This document shows positions 28,311-40,134 of a stretch of 64,000 nucleotides of DNA, piece by piece. The position numbers and the translations under genes are program-made. The stretch is from Octopus vulgaris (lineage: Eukaryota), in NCBI GenBank assembly GCA_951406725.2, contig OX597820.1, forward strand, positions 75,578,001 through 75,642,000, given 5' to 3'. Under the pieces are notes generated by a model. It did not search any database. It saw nothing but the letters and a program-made list of their open reading frames with translations, and was not told the origin of the DNA. The stretch's first letter is position 1, and each line of letters begins with the position of its first letter.

Positions 28311-29187
28311 ATTAGATTAATTAGAAAATCTATTTCCGCATCAATGAACTTTCTACTCCACAGAATCAAAGATTATTTGAACATTTTTTTGTTTTTGCTT
28401 GTGTGTCTTACGAATCAAGTTAACGAATTGAGAAACAGTCTGCGTCTTATGTGCGCATGTGTGAGTGACTTCTATGAAAAATCTTTCTAACTGCATTTCG
28501 TTGAAAAGGCAGTTTTTTCATGTTCCCTCGATATGGTGAATATAGCAGCCAAATTTTTGTGAATTTATGTCAGACTATGCTAAAACATGCGGAGATAGAT
28601 TGTGTTATTAGATTTAGACACGTAATGCCAATGAAAGGCACGGAATGGTCAGAAAGGGAATGTCTTTCATCATTTATCTCAACAATTGCTGAACCGGATC
28701 TTAGCAATAACAACAACTGCAGAAGGAAACAAAATTATGTGTTGGAACAATGGTCTGTGTTTGTTTGTTGTTTTTTTTCTTACATTCAGTTCTAAAACAC
28801 ACGAACGGAATTTTTCGCATGTTACGCATGTTTTTACTGTTTGGTTAACTAAACCTGGTAAAATGCTTTGCCTTTGTATCGTTACGGACTTTTATTCTAC
28901 TCTGCCATCGTTCTTTTGTGTGAATCACATACATTTAAAAAAATTATACTAATATACTTAAATTTCGGTGGATCATATCATGTTCCCCAACCTCATAGTT
29001 CTTAGTTTCTACGGTATAATCTTTTATTCTTTCATTCTGTTGCCTGGCTTTTGTTATTATGTCCATCTGCCAAACTGGTCTTTTGTTTTCCTCTTTTTCC
29101 TAACCCTAAATTCCGAATACAACGACCAAAATGGCTACAGCAAAAGCAGAACCCCCACAAACACACCATAAAGAGATACACACAAAT

Positions 29188-29239
<52 letters not shown>

Positions 29240-29740
29240 ACACATACACACACACAGACGCAACAAAATAGTAAAAAAAAAGATGGCAGTAAACAATAAG
29301 GTGGTTCAACTTTCGATGCAGATTTATTTGAAACCCGAACGTTTCGTTGGATTATTGAAAGCAAGACCTTAAGAATAGAATGGGTCGGGATAAACTCCCT
29401 GAATAAACTTTGTAGAGGGAAGTAATGCCACGGCCAAGCACGTCGATGCAGTCAACCTATTGTCAACTACAAGTAATGCTATCTCTGAATCCACTGCCAT
29501 CAGTCAACGTTTTTAATCCTGCTTAAACATGCTGGAGTCACGTATCACTCCTGCATCTTACAACAATTCATTAGCCTCGGTATCCTCCCACAGTCAAATA
29601 TTCGATTCCTTCTTAAGACTAATATTTTACTATAAATTTTCTGCCCCGTAATCTGGCTGCATTCCCAGCTAAGTAATTGGTCGAGAACTTAAAGGATTTT
29701 TTAAAATGAAATACTTTTTAGTTTTTTAGACATCTATAAT

Positions 29741-30495
29741 ATTCTTTTCTACTCTAGGCACAAGGCCTGAACTTTGGGGGGAGATGGCCAGTCGATTAGA
29801 TCTACTCCAGTACGCAACTGGTACTTAATTTATCGACCCCGAAAGGATAAAAGGCAAAGTCGACCTCGGTAGAATTTGAACTCAGAACATAAAAAGCAGA
29901 CGAAATAACGCCAAGAATTTCGTCCGGCGGGCTAACGTTTCTGTCAGTTCGCCGCCTTACGCATCTATAATATTTATTTCTTTATTGCCCAGAGGGGGCT
30001 AAACATAGAGGGAACAAACAAGGACAGACAAAGGGATTAAGTCGATTACACATCCCCAATGCGTAACTCGTACTTATTTAATCGACCTCGAAAGGATGGA
30101 AGTCAAAGTCGACCTCGGCAGAATTTGAACTCAGAACGTAAAGACAGACGAAATACCTATTTCTTTACTGCCCACAAGGGGCTACACACAGAGGGGACAA
30201 ACAAGGATAGACACACGGATTAAGTCCATTATATCAACCCCAGTGCGTAACTGGTACTTATTTAATCGACCCCGAAACGATGAAAGGCAAAGTCGACCTC
30301 GGCGGAATTTGAACTCAGAACGTAGCGGCGGACGAAATAACGCTAAGCATTTCGCCCGGCGTGCTAACGTTTCTGCCAGCTCGTCGCCTTAGTAATATTG
30401 TTTTCTGCTCTAGACACAAGGCCGGAAATTTTGGGGGAGGGGCCCAGTCGATTAGATCGACCCCAGAACGCAACTGGTACTTAATCTACTGACAG
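29741..30495 (-). mobile_element. cluster of SINE family A: monomer, dimeric variant and a partial copy
   Basis: Repeated ggcaaagtcgacctcggc.gaatttgaactcagaac units; the target-like sequence catctataa recurs at about 29731, 29962 and 30502. Confidence 0.85.
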
Positions 30496-30744
30496 CCTTA
30501 CGCATCTATAACGTTATGATAGAAAATAGCAACTGTTCCTATATTTTTGCTTGTATAGATTATTATAAACATTTGCACGGTGAGGACTGGTGTTACTAAT
30601 TAAAACAATTTATATTTATTCTGTTAACTCTATTATCATCAGCAATACTAAAGTCTATATCTCGGTTTCCTATGTTAAGAGAAGTGGATAATCTATCCAT
30701 AAGAGCCTTCAAGTATTAATGTCAATAATATCTTTCAATTTTTA

Positions 30745-30922
30745 TCTGTTTCATTCATAAGACTGTAGTCATGCTGGGGCACCGCCTTGAAGAATTTTAG
30801 ACAATTGAATCGAACGTAGTATTTTTAAAAGCCTGGTGCTTATTGTATCGATATCTCCTGCCGAATCACGTCAACACCAGATATCAAGCGGTTTTGGAGA
30901 CAAACGAAGACACATATGCATA

Positions 30923-31009
<87 letters not shown>

Positions 31010-31038
31010 ATGCATGTATGTATGTATGTATATATATT

Positions 31039-31101
<63 letters not shown>

Positions 31102-31275
31102 GAAGGGTTTCTTTCAGTTTCCGTTTAACAAATCCACTCACAAAGCTTTTGGTCGGACTGAGGCTATTGTAGAAGACACTTGTTTCGAGTGATCCCCGCC
31201 CCACACCAACCAGTGGGATTGAATCGGGAACCACGTGGTTAGGAAGTGAGCTTTTTACCCCCACAGTTAAGCCTG
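30745..31275 (-). mobile_element. SINE family B with expanded central (TA)n
   Basis: catgctggggcaccgcc tail; gggtttctttcagtttccg and aaatccactcacaaagc core; gtgggattgaatcgggaaccac head. Confidence 0.8.
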
Positions 31276-31424
31276 TGTATATATTTGCAGAATTTGAATC
31301 CTAAATTATACCAGAAACAAAAAACTTTCAGTTAGATGTTGATTATATGCATAAATGCATTTGTACACATAAATAAATATATGCGTTTTGTGTGTTTCAC
31401 TGTGTGTATTAATGGCTCATAATT

Positions 31425-32220
31425 AAGGCAGCGAGCTGGCAGAATCGTTAATATGCCGGACGAAATGCTTAACAGAATTTCGTCTGCCACTACGTTCGAG
31501 TTCAAATTCTGCCGAGGTCGACTTTGCCTTTCATCCTTTCGGGGTCGATTAAATAAGTACCAGTTACGCACCGCGGTCGATATAATCGACTTAATCCGTT
31601 TGTCTGTCCTTGTTTGTCCTCTCTGTGTTTATCCCCTTGTAGGTAGTAAAGAAATAGGTATTTCGTCTGCCGTTACGTTCTGAGTTCAAATTCCGCTAAG
31701 GTCGACTTTTCCTTTTATCTTTTTGGGGTCGAGAAATTAAATACCAGATACGCACTGGGGTCGATGTAATCGACTTAATTCCTTTGTTTGTCCTTGTTTG
31801 TTCCCTCTATGCTTAGCCCCTTGTGGGCAATAAAGAAATAAGAATCTTTAGCACGCCGGACGAAATGTTTAGCGACATTTCGTCTGCCGCTACGTTCTGA
31901 GTTCAAATTCCGCCGAGGTCGACTTTGCTTTCAACGTTTCGGAGTCGATTACATAAGTACCAGTTACGCACTGATGGTCGATATAATCGACTTAATCCGT
32001 TTGTCTGTTCTTGTTTGTCCTGTCTGTGTTTAGCCCCTTGTGGGTAGTAAAGACATAGGTATTTTGTCTACCGCTACGTTCTGAGTTCAAATTCCGCCGA
32101 GGTCGACTTTACCTTTTATCCTTTCGGGGTCGATAAATTCAGTACCAGTTGAGTACTGGGGTCGATGTACTCGACTATCCCCTCGCCCAAATCTCAATCC
32201 TTGTGCCTATAATAGAAATG
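31425..32220 (+). mobile_element. tetrameric SINE family A array with 17-bp target-site duplication
   Basis: Four ~175-200-bp units, each with gagttcaaattc. Flanks attaatggctcataatt (31408-31424) and attaatgtctcataatt (32221-32237). Confidence 0.9.
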
Positions 32221-32515
32221 ATTAATGTCTCATAATTCTGTACAGTGTTAAAGCGTTGCACAAACACGAATGCACATACTCACTCACGCATAAATCATCT
32301 TATATTCTATATTTAAATAAAAATTCTTTGTCCGGTTTCAGTCGTTGGATACAAGATATGCTGGACCAGATCATCTTAAAAAATGATAATATGCATGTTT
32401 ATAAAGACCATCGAGAAATGCTTCCTGATGATACTGTCAACCATTAAGGGATTGTCAAAATATTGCTTAGAAAATTATACAAACACACGTATGAGCGTGT
32501 GTGTATGTATGTATT

Positions 32516-32549
<34 letters not shown>

Positions 32550-32622
32550 TGTATGTATGTATGTATGTATGTATAGATATACACACACATGTATAGACAT
32601 GTGTATAGATGCAATTATACTC

Positions 32623-32816
32623 CAGCAGCTCTCAACTCAAGCGACCTTCTGGTGGCCCTCAAGCATCATTCTGGTGGCCTGCAATGTTCTGTCCTCTATA
32701 AATATCAATTTTCCTTAATTGACGTACGTTTTTTCTATTTAATTTTGTTCCCCCCACCTATAAAACAATCTATGTTTCCGATCTGGACCTGGTATTACAA
32801 AGGTTGAGGACCACTG
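32623..32816. mobile_element. hAT/Charlie-like MITE, degenerate
   Basis: Ends cagcagctctcaac / gttgaggaccactg resemble the CAGTGGTTCTCAAC TIR type. Confidence 0.55.
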
Positions 32817-32904
32817 ATATTCACACGCACAAAGACAAACACAACCATACAGTTATACACACACGTGTGTGTTGGTGTGTGTGTGTGCGCGCACGTGTGT
32901 GTGT

Positions 32905-33240
32905 GATTAAGAAGCTCGCTTTGCGAAGGTTGTTTCAGGTTCAATCCGACTGCATTCCTCCTTGCGCGAGTGTCTTCTATTGTACATTCGGGCTAACTAA
33001 TGCCTTGTGGGTGGATTTGGTGCACGAAACTGTGTGGAAGCCCTTCGTATATGTGTGTGTTTGTGTTTGTCTTCCAACCATTGTTTCACAAACGGTCTTA
33101 TTTTGTTTGCGTCCCTGTAACTAAGATGATAGAAAAAGCACCAGGCTTAAAATATAAGTACTGTGGTCCGATTTCTTCAGTTAAGACTGTTAAAGCACAG
33201 CCCAAGCATGGCCGCAGACTAATGACTAAAACAAATAATA
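32905..33240 (+). mobile_element. SINE family B, degenerate
   Basis: gccttgtgggtggatttggt core and cccaagcatggccgcagac tail. Confidence 0.6.
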
Positions 33241-33777
33241 AATGATAACAAGTAACGTATCATCGAGTTTGCGTTGTGCCAAATTGCTTAATATTAGTAA
33301 TACCCTCCATTGCTGAATATGTTAATAAACTAAAAACAGTTCTATAAAACACGGCACGTTTGCAAAACCAGACTTATATTTAATTTGTAAATATTTTAAA
33401 ATTATGTTCCAAAATATAGCGTGGAGATTTTCAATCTGTAAAATTTAAAACTATTTATTATAAAATTAGTTTGATGTTGTGTTTTCTTTGTCTCTGACCT
33501 TTATAAATATCAGGATTTTTCTCCCTGATAATTGTGGCATATTCTCAATGATCTACAAAATTTGGAAGATATGTGTTTTATGTTGGCCATTCTTTAATCG
33601 AAAACCATGTGATGCTTTTCATGTAGTCTCTATTTTCAGTCGAACATATGTTCTATTTTCTTCATTCTAAGGATAGATATGACAGAAGCATGTATATACT
33701 TGTGTATGTGTGTACGTATGTATGTATACATACAAACATACATACATACATACATACATACATACATAAATACATAC

Positions 33778-33865
<88 letters not shown>

Positions 33866-33959
33866 GTATATATATATATATATATATACATACATATGTA
33901 CATACATACTTACATACATACATATAATGGAGTTAAACGGTGTTATTCAAATGTTTACA

Positions 33960-34046
33960 CTTTCGACATGTTTCGAAGAAAACATTTGTATTATTACAGA
34001 AAGAATAAAATGATGTTAAACAATGCAATCTTCTCATCAGGGGAAA
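33960..34046 (-). ncRNA. type-I hammerhead ribozyme-like motif (stem I degenerate)
   Basis: Minus strand ccc-CUGAUGA-GAAGA..(long insert)..UCUUC-GAAA-CAUG-UC-gaaag; palindromic stem III ACAUGU and GUC site. Confidence 0.55.
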
Positions 34047-34339
34047 AAAGAGAAACAAAACACATCAATAAAACATTTTAACCAAATATAATTACTGCAT
34101 ATATGATGAAGGGAACGCTGGTACGTTATTTTTTTTAAACGTTGATAGATATAACGTCAAAGGCAATTTATAGAAAGAGAAGGAGGAGGAAGAAAGAAAT
34201 TAGCAGAAAACTAAAAGCGATAGGTTATTACAAATAAAGATTGAAGGCGTGGAAATAGATATATTTATTGGAATGAAAAAACACACATGCATTTATATAT
34301 ATATATATATATATATATCGATGTGGTTATTGACTATTT

Positions 34340-34530
34340 TAAATAGAATGTCAAGAAAAAATGTGTTTGTTCCATTGTGAATTGTATGTTGCTATGATAT
34401 TCTTGAGCATTATTTCGAAATCGAGGAGTTTGTCCATGCTATCGTTCCAAAGTATAAAGCAATCATTTAAGTATCTTTTCCAGTTCTCCTTTAAATAGCA
34501 ATGAATTGTGGTACCATATTTTTGTTGTTA
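34340..34530 (-). pseudogene. Penelope-like RT catalytic-region remnant
   Basis: YLKENWKRYLNDCFILWNDSMDKLLDF...FLDIL (WKRYLDDCFILW-type motif). Confidence 0.8.
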
Positions 34531-34534
34531 TAAT

Positions 34535-34820
34535 TGGTATATTTTGATGGGATTAAACGAGTAAATGAATTAGACATAGAAACTGTAAGGGAAGTTAACC
34601 GAAATACTACATCAAATTTAAACGTACCCCCATACATCTTCATATATAACCCAAGAAATAATAAAGCATTTTCCATCATCATCCAAAATCTACCCGCTCT
34701 CACTGGAGATAGAACAATGAACGAAATTTCGGGCTCACACAAAATTATCAAAAGCAAAATGCAACAGAAATCTTATAAAAAATATTAACCGTCTGTTTTC
34801 CACATTTACTGAACGTCATG
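34535..34820 (+). pseudogene. Penelope-like RT-EN linker remnant, inverted relative to 34340-34530
   Basis: GIKRVNELDIETVREV...PYIFIYNPRN..AFSIIIQNLPALTGD..MNEI...IIKSK resembles the PLE thumb/linker. Confidence 0.65.
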
Positions 34821-35078
34821 CTCACATATTCCATATGCACGTCCTTGTTGTTTTCTTATTTGTTATTGATAATGTTCGATTTTTAATGTTTGATTTGATT
34901 ATATATATATATATATATAGTAAATCCGCAAATAAAAAACGAAGAACAAACACGAGAAAAAACAACAGCGCGAGGACGTGGTACGGGAAAGGAAAGAAAT
35001 GTGGTTTCATGTTTCCAGCCAAGCACTTCGTCTGAAACAGGAGACGAAAGAACGTCCAAGAGGAAACGAAAATGGAGG

Positions 35079-35155
<77 letters not shown>

Positions 35156-35169
35156 TGTGTGTGTGTGTA

Positions 35170-35367
35170 AAGGTGTGCCTGTCTGGTAAGAAGCTTGCTT
35201 CCCAACGACATGTTTCGGGGTTCAGTCCTATTAAGTGGCACCTTGGGCAAGTGTGTTTTCCTATAACATCGGGCCGACCAAAGACCTGTGAGCGGATTTA
35301 ATAGATGGAAAATGAAAGACACCCAATGTGTATATATATATATATATGTGTGTGTGTGTGCGTGTGC

Positions 35368-35422
<55 letters not shown>

Positions 35423-35830
35423 ATGATAGATCGCTATCCATTAAACCTTATTCTGTTCTCTTTCCCTGTTTATTTCTGTGTTCCTTTCTGTCGAAGACCG
35501 TAGGCTCGAAACGTAAAAGGGTCTCTTATTTCCCGAGCGTTAAACTAATACATTTGTTTGTTGTTTACACAACCGTCTTCGTCTTTTGTTTTTTGTAAAT
35601 TCTCACATATATATATATATATGAATATATCTATGTGTGAGTGTGTTTGTGATTCTCCCCAGTCATCGCTTGACAACCGATGTCGGCGTGTTTAAGTTCC
35701 CGTAACGTAGCGGTTCGGCAAAAGGGACGATAAATTAAGTACTAGGGTTACAAAAAAAAAACGGCTTGGGGTTGATATTTTGAACTAAAAACTATTTAAG
35801 GCGGTGCCCCATTATGGATTAAGCCAAATG
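35170..35830 (+). mobile_element. SINE family B interrupted in its central microsatellite by an HH-B PLE fragment (35420-35605; hammerhead-like motif 35483-35520)
   Basis: SINE head 35170-35330 and tail 35640-35830; insert ccatgatagatcgcta...cctttctgtcgaagaccgtaggctcgaaacgtaaaagg lies between (TA)n runs. Confidence 0.75.
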
Positions 35831-35833
35831 ACC

Positions 35834-35879
<46 letters not shown>

Positions 35880-36518
35880 TAATTAAACATTTAATTCGGG
35901 ATCATAATTTATGGCACGAAAATTCTGGACACCGCGCATGTTTAACCATGTGTATATTAGTGAATGTTCCGGTGACTCGAACAAAATTGCGTCGAGTTGT
36001 TCATTCTTTCTGCCCGAGTTACCCAGGCACCATCTCTCCTCGCTTTGCCATCGGAATCCACTGAACCAGCGATTGGAGCGTTAAAAATCTATAACAAATC
36101 AGATTATATTTTTAGTTTTTCCCCAAAATACATGATATGTTTTAAAAAATAATTGAACGTAACTGAAGAGTTTGGTAAGGTTGTCGCTGATATAACCTAT
36201 ATTTGTCTTAGATTTATCAATTAGTTCCATTCAAGTAGTTTGGCAGATCTATGTGCTTGATTTATGAGCGTTTGTTTAGAAAAGAATTACATTGAATGTA
36301 AAAGACTTGCTTTAATAGAGATTTTATGACAAATCTAGAAGTACGTATATAGTCATTTGGTTGTAGGTATTTGGAACTGTTTAGTCTAGAATGATAGATT
36401 ATTTATGTGGAACAAACAGGAGTCTATTAATTGAATTGCTTTATCACGCAAAATTTTACGAGTTTTTCAAGTGAAATATATGTATGTATATTTTTTAAGT
36501 ATATATGTATACACACAT

Positions 36519-36550
<32 letters not shown>

Positions 36551-36570
36551 TTATATATTATATGTATATA

Positions 36571-36667
<97 letters not shown>

Positions 36668-36813
36668 TATACGTTGATAGCCAGACAGGCATGGTTAACT
36701 TGCCATTTATGTATATGCATATGTATATAATATAGATGTACATGTGTTTTTGTATGTGTGTACGAATGTACATATAAGTGTATATATATATGAGTGTGCG
36801 TAGATAGATAGAT

Positions 36814-36869
<56 letters not shown>

Positions 36870-36952
36870 GTTTCAGTACACGTATAGAGAAATTAGTAGG
36901 AAAATATTACAATTCACTAAATGGACGTACACACAAACACACACACTCACAG

Positions 36953-37012
<60 letters not shown>

Positions 37013-37161
37013 ACACACACACGCATTCACTGAAACAGATTTTCAAGCAAAAACATTGACCTACACCCGGTAACGCTCAATCACGCAGAAATCTCTCTCT
37101 CTCACTTTTTTACGCACGCACACACTCACACCACACACACGGTATATATATAGATATATAC

Positions 37162-37234
<73 letters not shown>

Positions 37235-37527
37235 TCCGTAATAATGAAGGGTGAAATTAATTAATTTGGAATAATTATCAATTACACCAAGTAGTCTTCG
37301 GCATGTAAAAGCCTCATTCGAGGAAAATTTAAGTAATACTAAGCAATAAAGGGTTTAGCAACGAATTGCCTTACCACAGACCGAATTTAGAAATAGCAGT
37401 CAAAGAGTTATAGCTATTTCTTCTACTAAAAATGGAGATCTCAGTAAAAAACACAGCAATTGGAAGGCAGACACAAACAGGTAAGAGAGAATGAATTGAC
37501 GGCAATCTATCATACAATTTTAAGTTA

Positions 37528-37627
37528 TCTACGGACGCACGTTTCGAAATCAAGTTTTTAGGAAAGCATGAGAATTAAATATTAGATAATTCTACGTTAC
37601 CCAAACTTCCTTTCTCTTCAGCGTAGA
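37528..37627 (-). ncRNA. type-I hammerhead ribozyme
   Basis: Reverse complement of the 38014-38113 motif with an identical core and stems. Confidence 0.8.
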
Positions 37628-38013
37628 ATACTATAATCATAAGTGATTATATATTGAATTTTGAGATACTAGAAGGCACCAACTCAACTCAGTATCAGAG
37701 CGAGCTAGAATCCGCAACTAGTATCACCAAACTCAACTAGTGAATGAAAGGATTGTCACCAGCCCCTTCCCACCCGCGTGTAGCCAAAACAAGATGCTAT
37801 GGTCATCCACTGAGATAAAATATGGTTATCCGTAATAATGAAGGGTGAAATTAATTAATTTGGAATAATTATCAATTACACCAAGTAGTCTTCGGCATGT
37901 AAAAGCCTCATTCGAGGAAAATTTAAGTAATACTAAGCAATAAAGGGTTTAGCAACGAATTGCCTTACCACAGTATCTCAAATTCAATATATAATCACTT
38001 ATGATTATAGTAT

Positions 38014-38113
38014 TCTACGCTGAAGAGAAAGGAAGTTTGGGTAACGTAGAATTATCTAACATTTAATTCTCATGCTTTCCTAAAAACTTGATTTCGAAAC
38101 GTGCGTCCGTAGA
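38014..38113 (+). ncRNA. type-I hammerhead ribozyme
   Basis: UCUACG-CUGAAGA-GAAA..(~60-nt insert)..UUUC-GAAA-CGUGCG-UC-CGUAGA: 6-bp stem I, canonical core, 4-bp stem II base, short stem III. Predicted cleavage after GUC at 38107. Confidence 0.82.
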
Positions 38114-38301
38114 TAACTTAAAATTGTATGATAGATTGCCGTCAATTCATTCTCTCTTACCTGTTTGTGTCTGCCTTCCAATTGCTGTGTTTTTTACTGA
38201 GATGTCCCTTTTTAGTAGAAGAAATAGCTATAACTCTTTGACTGCTATTTCTAAATTCGGTCTGTGGTAAGGCAATTCGTTGCTAAACCCTTTATTGCTT
38301 A

Positions 38302-38345
<44 letters not shown>

Positions 38346-38423
38346 GTATATATATATACGTATATATATACATATGTATATATACATCTATATATATATA
38401 TATACATTTATATACATAACTAT

Positions 38424-38494
38424 ATAGGTGGTGCTATTAAGTTAGACATGGCCTGGGCCAATAATGGCCGAAACCTATCAAAGTATCAAAGTAT
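38424..38494 (+). mobile_element. isolated 3' tip of the CR1/L2-type LINE seen at 2948-3642
   Basis: ggtggtgctattaagttagacatggcctgggccaataatggccgaaacct plus (atcaaagt)2 tail. Confidence 0.7.
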
Positions 38495-38528
38495 ACATAT
38501 ATACATACATATATATACATAAATATAT

Positions 38529-38587
<59 letters not shown>

Positions 38588-38589
<2 letters not shown>

Positions 38590-38876
38590 TCGTTGCAAGT
38601 GCCGCTGGACTGGCTCCTGTGCAGGTGGCATGTAAAAATCAACATTTGAGCGTGGCTGTAGACAGTACCGGCTGACTCGCCTTTGTGCCGATGGCACGTA
38701 AAAGCACCCACTATACTCTCGGAGTGGTTGGCGTTAAGAAGGGAATCCAGCTATAGAAACTCTGCCAGACCAGATTGGTGCCTGGTGCAGCCATGTGGTT
38801 CGCCAGTTCACAGTGAAATCGTCCAACCCATGCCACCATGGAAAGCGGACGTTAAACGATGATGATGATGATGATA
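38588..38876 (+). mobile_element. SINE/RTE-related repeat with (GAT)n tail
   Basis: ggttggcgttaagaagggaatccagctatagaaac...catggaaagcggacgttaaacgatgatgat; same tail type at 50780-51050. Confidence 0.65.
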
Positions 38877-39213
38877 TATATTCCGGACAAAAAATAAATT
38901 TCCAACTCGCCCTAACGCTGTAAGAGCAGCAGAGTAGGAAAGAAGTTACCAGCAAGCGGCTATGTGAATCGAACCCGTATATTTGAGATACTGATAAATA
39001 AATACATATATAAATAAATAATGAAAAAATACATACACACACACACACATATATATATATATATTTATTTAGAGAGAGAGGGAGAGAGAGAGAGAGGGGG
39101 AAGGAGAGAGAAAGAGAGAGAGAGAGAGTGGGAGATAGATTGATATACACATACATATATATATACACGCACGCACAGACATACAGATATATACACCCAT
39201 GTATATGTATATA

Positions 39214-39249
<36 letters not shown>

Positions 39250-39275
39250 TGTATATATATATATATATGTATATT

Positions 39276-39322
<47 letters not shown>

Positions 39323-40023
39323 ATGTATATATATATATATATATATATACATAGAGAGAGAGGGAGAGAGAGAGAATGTGGAGGTGTGTAGTTTCAACTA
39401 CTTGAACCGCACAGCAGCTGCATGAGTACAATCATCGTAATAGATAAATCATTTCCTGGGGGGGCGTTCATGCCCCTTATACTAAGATGGCTGTTTAATT
39501 AGAAGCAAACCTTCATCTGCGGAACTGTACCGTGGCCAATCGACTTGACCTCAATGGATTTGTAGTCTGTGATTTATTGACCACAAAAGAGCGAAAGCTA
39601 AAATATGTCCTTATGGAATGTGATCTTAGAACCTTAACATATTGTACTTAATTGTATATAGCATCTGCCAGCGGTAGGAGCTTACCTCTATTCTGCATGG
39701 AATTGGCTCGTATAAGAACGAATTGTAATTACACAATCTCAGGGTATTCATAATAACCTGAACATGTTTTTGTGGTGTTATATAGAATACAGCTATTCGT
39801 GAAATTAACTTAGCACTCGACTGATACACATACCCATAACGTAATTCTCAGGGAGATTCAGCGCGACGTAGAATGTGACAAGGCTGGCCCATCGAATTTC
39901 CGGTACAGCTTCTTTTCGCCAGCTGAGTGGACTGGAGTAAAGTTAAATAATGTGTTTTACTCCAGGACACCAATCATGGGCAAGAATCAAACCCACGACC
40001 ACATAGCTACACACCTTCACATT

Positions 40024-40083
<60 letters not shown>

Positions 40084-40092
40084 CGCACGCAT

Positions 40093-40134
<42 letters not shown>

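Larger units (their letters stand above)
37231..38305. mobile_element. non-autonomous hammerhead-bearing retroelement (retrozyme/PLE-like): 594-nt unit + 149-nt direct repeat + ~335-nt inverted copy
   Basis: 37231-37379 is repeated at 37825-37973, and 37336-37670 is inverted at 37972-38305. Copies are nearly identical, flanked by (TA)n, with no credible ORF. Confidence 0.85.

Noticed and set aside
31425-32220. CRISPR-like or satellite array
   Set aside because: Units are ~175-200-bp SINE modules without unique spacers; eukaryotic context and no cas genes.
37371-38270. Duplicated 60-aa ORF (MISKRASVDNLK...) on both strands
   Set aside because: A by-product of the inverted duplication. It starts at TTG inside the hammerhead and has no recognisable motif.
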